Assembly (NCBI GenBank): GCA_963771355.1
Contig: CAVYTA010000005.1
Coordinates: 736,001 to 800,000, forward strand
Source: an uncultured Candidatus Rokubacteria bacterium
GTDB lineage: Bacteria; Methylomirabilota; Methylomirabilia; Rokubacteriales; CSP1-6
DNA: 64,000 nucleotides
Reading direction: 5' to 3'
The position numbers and the translations under genes were made by a program. Below the pieces are notes generated by a model. That model worked only from the letters and a program-made list of their open reading frames with translations. It did no database searches and had not been told where the DNA came from. Within the stretch, counting starts at the first letter, position 1. The number at the start of each line of letters is the position of its first letter. This document shows positions 62,863 through 64,000 of this stretch, piece after piece.

Positions 62863-64000
62863 GTGGACAAGACACGCGTCGTCATCACCGGCCTCGGGGC
62901 GGTGACGCCGCTCGGCAATACCGCCGAGGAATTCTGGACCTCCCTCACCCAGGGCAAGTCCGGGATTGGGCCGATCACGCGCTTCGACTCGACGGGCTTC
63001 GGCACGCGGATCGCGGGGGAGGTCAAGGGCTTCGACGCGCTCAAGTACGTCGACAAGAAGGACGACCGCAAGCTCGACCTCTACCTCAAGTACGCGCTCG
63101 CGTGCGCGGTGATGGCGGTGGAGGATGCCGGGCTCGACCCTGCCAAGGAGGATGGGAACCGCTTCGGCGTCCTGGTGGGCTCGGGCATCGGCGGTCTCGG
63201 CACGCTGCTGGACTCTCACAAGACGCTCCTCGACAAGGGGCCGGACCGCGTCTCGCCGTTCTTCATCCCCATGCTCATCATCAACATGGCGTCCGGTCTC
63301 ATCTCCATGCGCTTCGGCGCGCGCGGCCCGAACTCCTCCGTGGTCACCGCCTGCGCGACCGGGAATCACGCCATCGGGGACGCCACCCGCATCATTCAAC
63401 GGGGCGACGCCGACGTGATGATCGCGGGGGGCGCCGAGGCCATCATCATCCCCCTCACCATCGCGGGCTTCTGCCAGATGAAGGCGATGTCGACGCGGAA
63501 CGACGAGCCCACCAAGGCCTCTCGGCCGTTCGACGCCGAGCGCGACGGCTTCGTGGCCGGGGAGGGCGGTGGCCTGGTGGTGCTGGAGTCGCTCGAGCAC
63601 GCTCGGCGCCGCGACGCGCGGATCTATGCGGAGGTGGTCGGCTACGGCATGACGGGTGATGCCCACCACATGACCGCCCCCGATCCCGAAGGGGACGGCG
63701 CCGCGCGCGCGATGGCGGCCGCGCTGAAGGACGCGGCGCTGGAGCCCTCCGCGGTGGGGTACATCAACGCCCACGGGACCTCGACTCCCTACAACGACAA
63801 GTTCGAGACCATCGCGATCAAGCGGGTGTTCGGCGAGCATGCCAAGCGGCTGCCGGTGTCCTCCACCAAGTCCATGACCGGCCACCTCCTCGGCGCGGCG
63901 GGCGGGATCGAGGCGGTCGCCACCACGCTCACCATCTACCACGGCGTGCTGCCGCCCACCATCAACTACGAGAAGCCGGATCCCGACTGTGACCTCGACT
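62863..64000 (+). CDS. fabF: 3-oxoacyl-ACP synthase II (partial, runs off the window)
   Basis: [30 protein letters not shown]. Confidence 0.95.
   Translation, partial: MDKTRVVITGLGAVTPLGNTAEEFWTSLTQGKSGIGPITRFDSTGFGTRIAGEVKGFDALKYVDKKDDRKLDLYLKYALACAVMAVEDAGLDPAKEDGNRFGVLVGSGIGGLGTLLDSHKTLLDKGPDRVSPFFIPMLIINMASGLISMRFGARGPNSSVVTACATGNHAIGDATRIIQRGDADVMIAGGAEAIIIPLTIAGFCQMKAMSTRNDEPTKASRPFDAERDGFVAGEGGGLVVLESLEHARRRDARIYAEVVGYGMTGDAHHMTAPDPEGDGAARAMAAALKDAALEPSAVGYINAHGTSTPYNDKFETIAIKRVFGEHAKRLPVSSTKSMTGHLLGAAGGIEAVATTLTIYHGVLPPTINYEKPDPDCDLD

Noticed and set aside
58115..64000. Secondary-metabolite (type II PKS) cluster
   Set aside because: This is the canonical yceD-rpmF-plsX-fabHDG-acpP-fabF housekeeping arrangement.

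Overview
A GC-rich (about 70% by eye) bacterial chromosomal window, densely coding, with no rRNA, tRNA, CRISPR array or transposase that I can see. The gene style (many ABC transporters, molybdoenzymes, CoA-transferase) resembles Ca. Rokubacteria/Methylomirabilota, but that is inference only. From left to right: a PotABC-like transporter with a split TPP-dependent decarboxylase; IorAB-like molybdoenzyme plus a diheme cytochrome c, a UroD-like gene and a second ABC transporter; an expanded mutagenesis cassette (imuA-imuB-epoxide hydrolase-HAD-[hicBA]-dnaE2) in which DnaE2 carries a 142-aa mini-intein; a molybdopterin oxidoreductase; FmdB/GNAT/MshA-like genes; an Opp/Dpp transporter; ferredoxin; a stand-alone Fis-HTH gene behind a sigma54-type promoter; a divergent phosphodiesterase/GT2 pair separated by a 7x13-bp C6/G6 tandem repeat; a thiolase-like/DUF35/CoA-transferase/cimA block; thrC; ligA; an Fe3+ ABC transporter with a DtxR/IdeR-like box; a complete ccmABCDEFGHI operon; htpX; and the yceD-rpmF-plsX-fabH-fabD-fabG-acpP-fabF cluster. 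Several single-base frameshifts in short G/C runs look like assembly errors. The most notable items are the intein-containing, cargo-loaded imuABC cassette with a candidate operator, the G-quadruplex-capable repeat at the GT2 start codon, the sigma54/Fis-HTH unit and the iron box.
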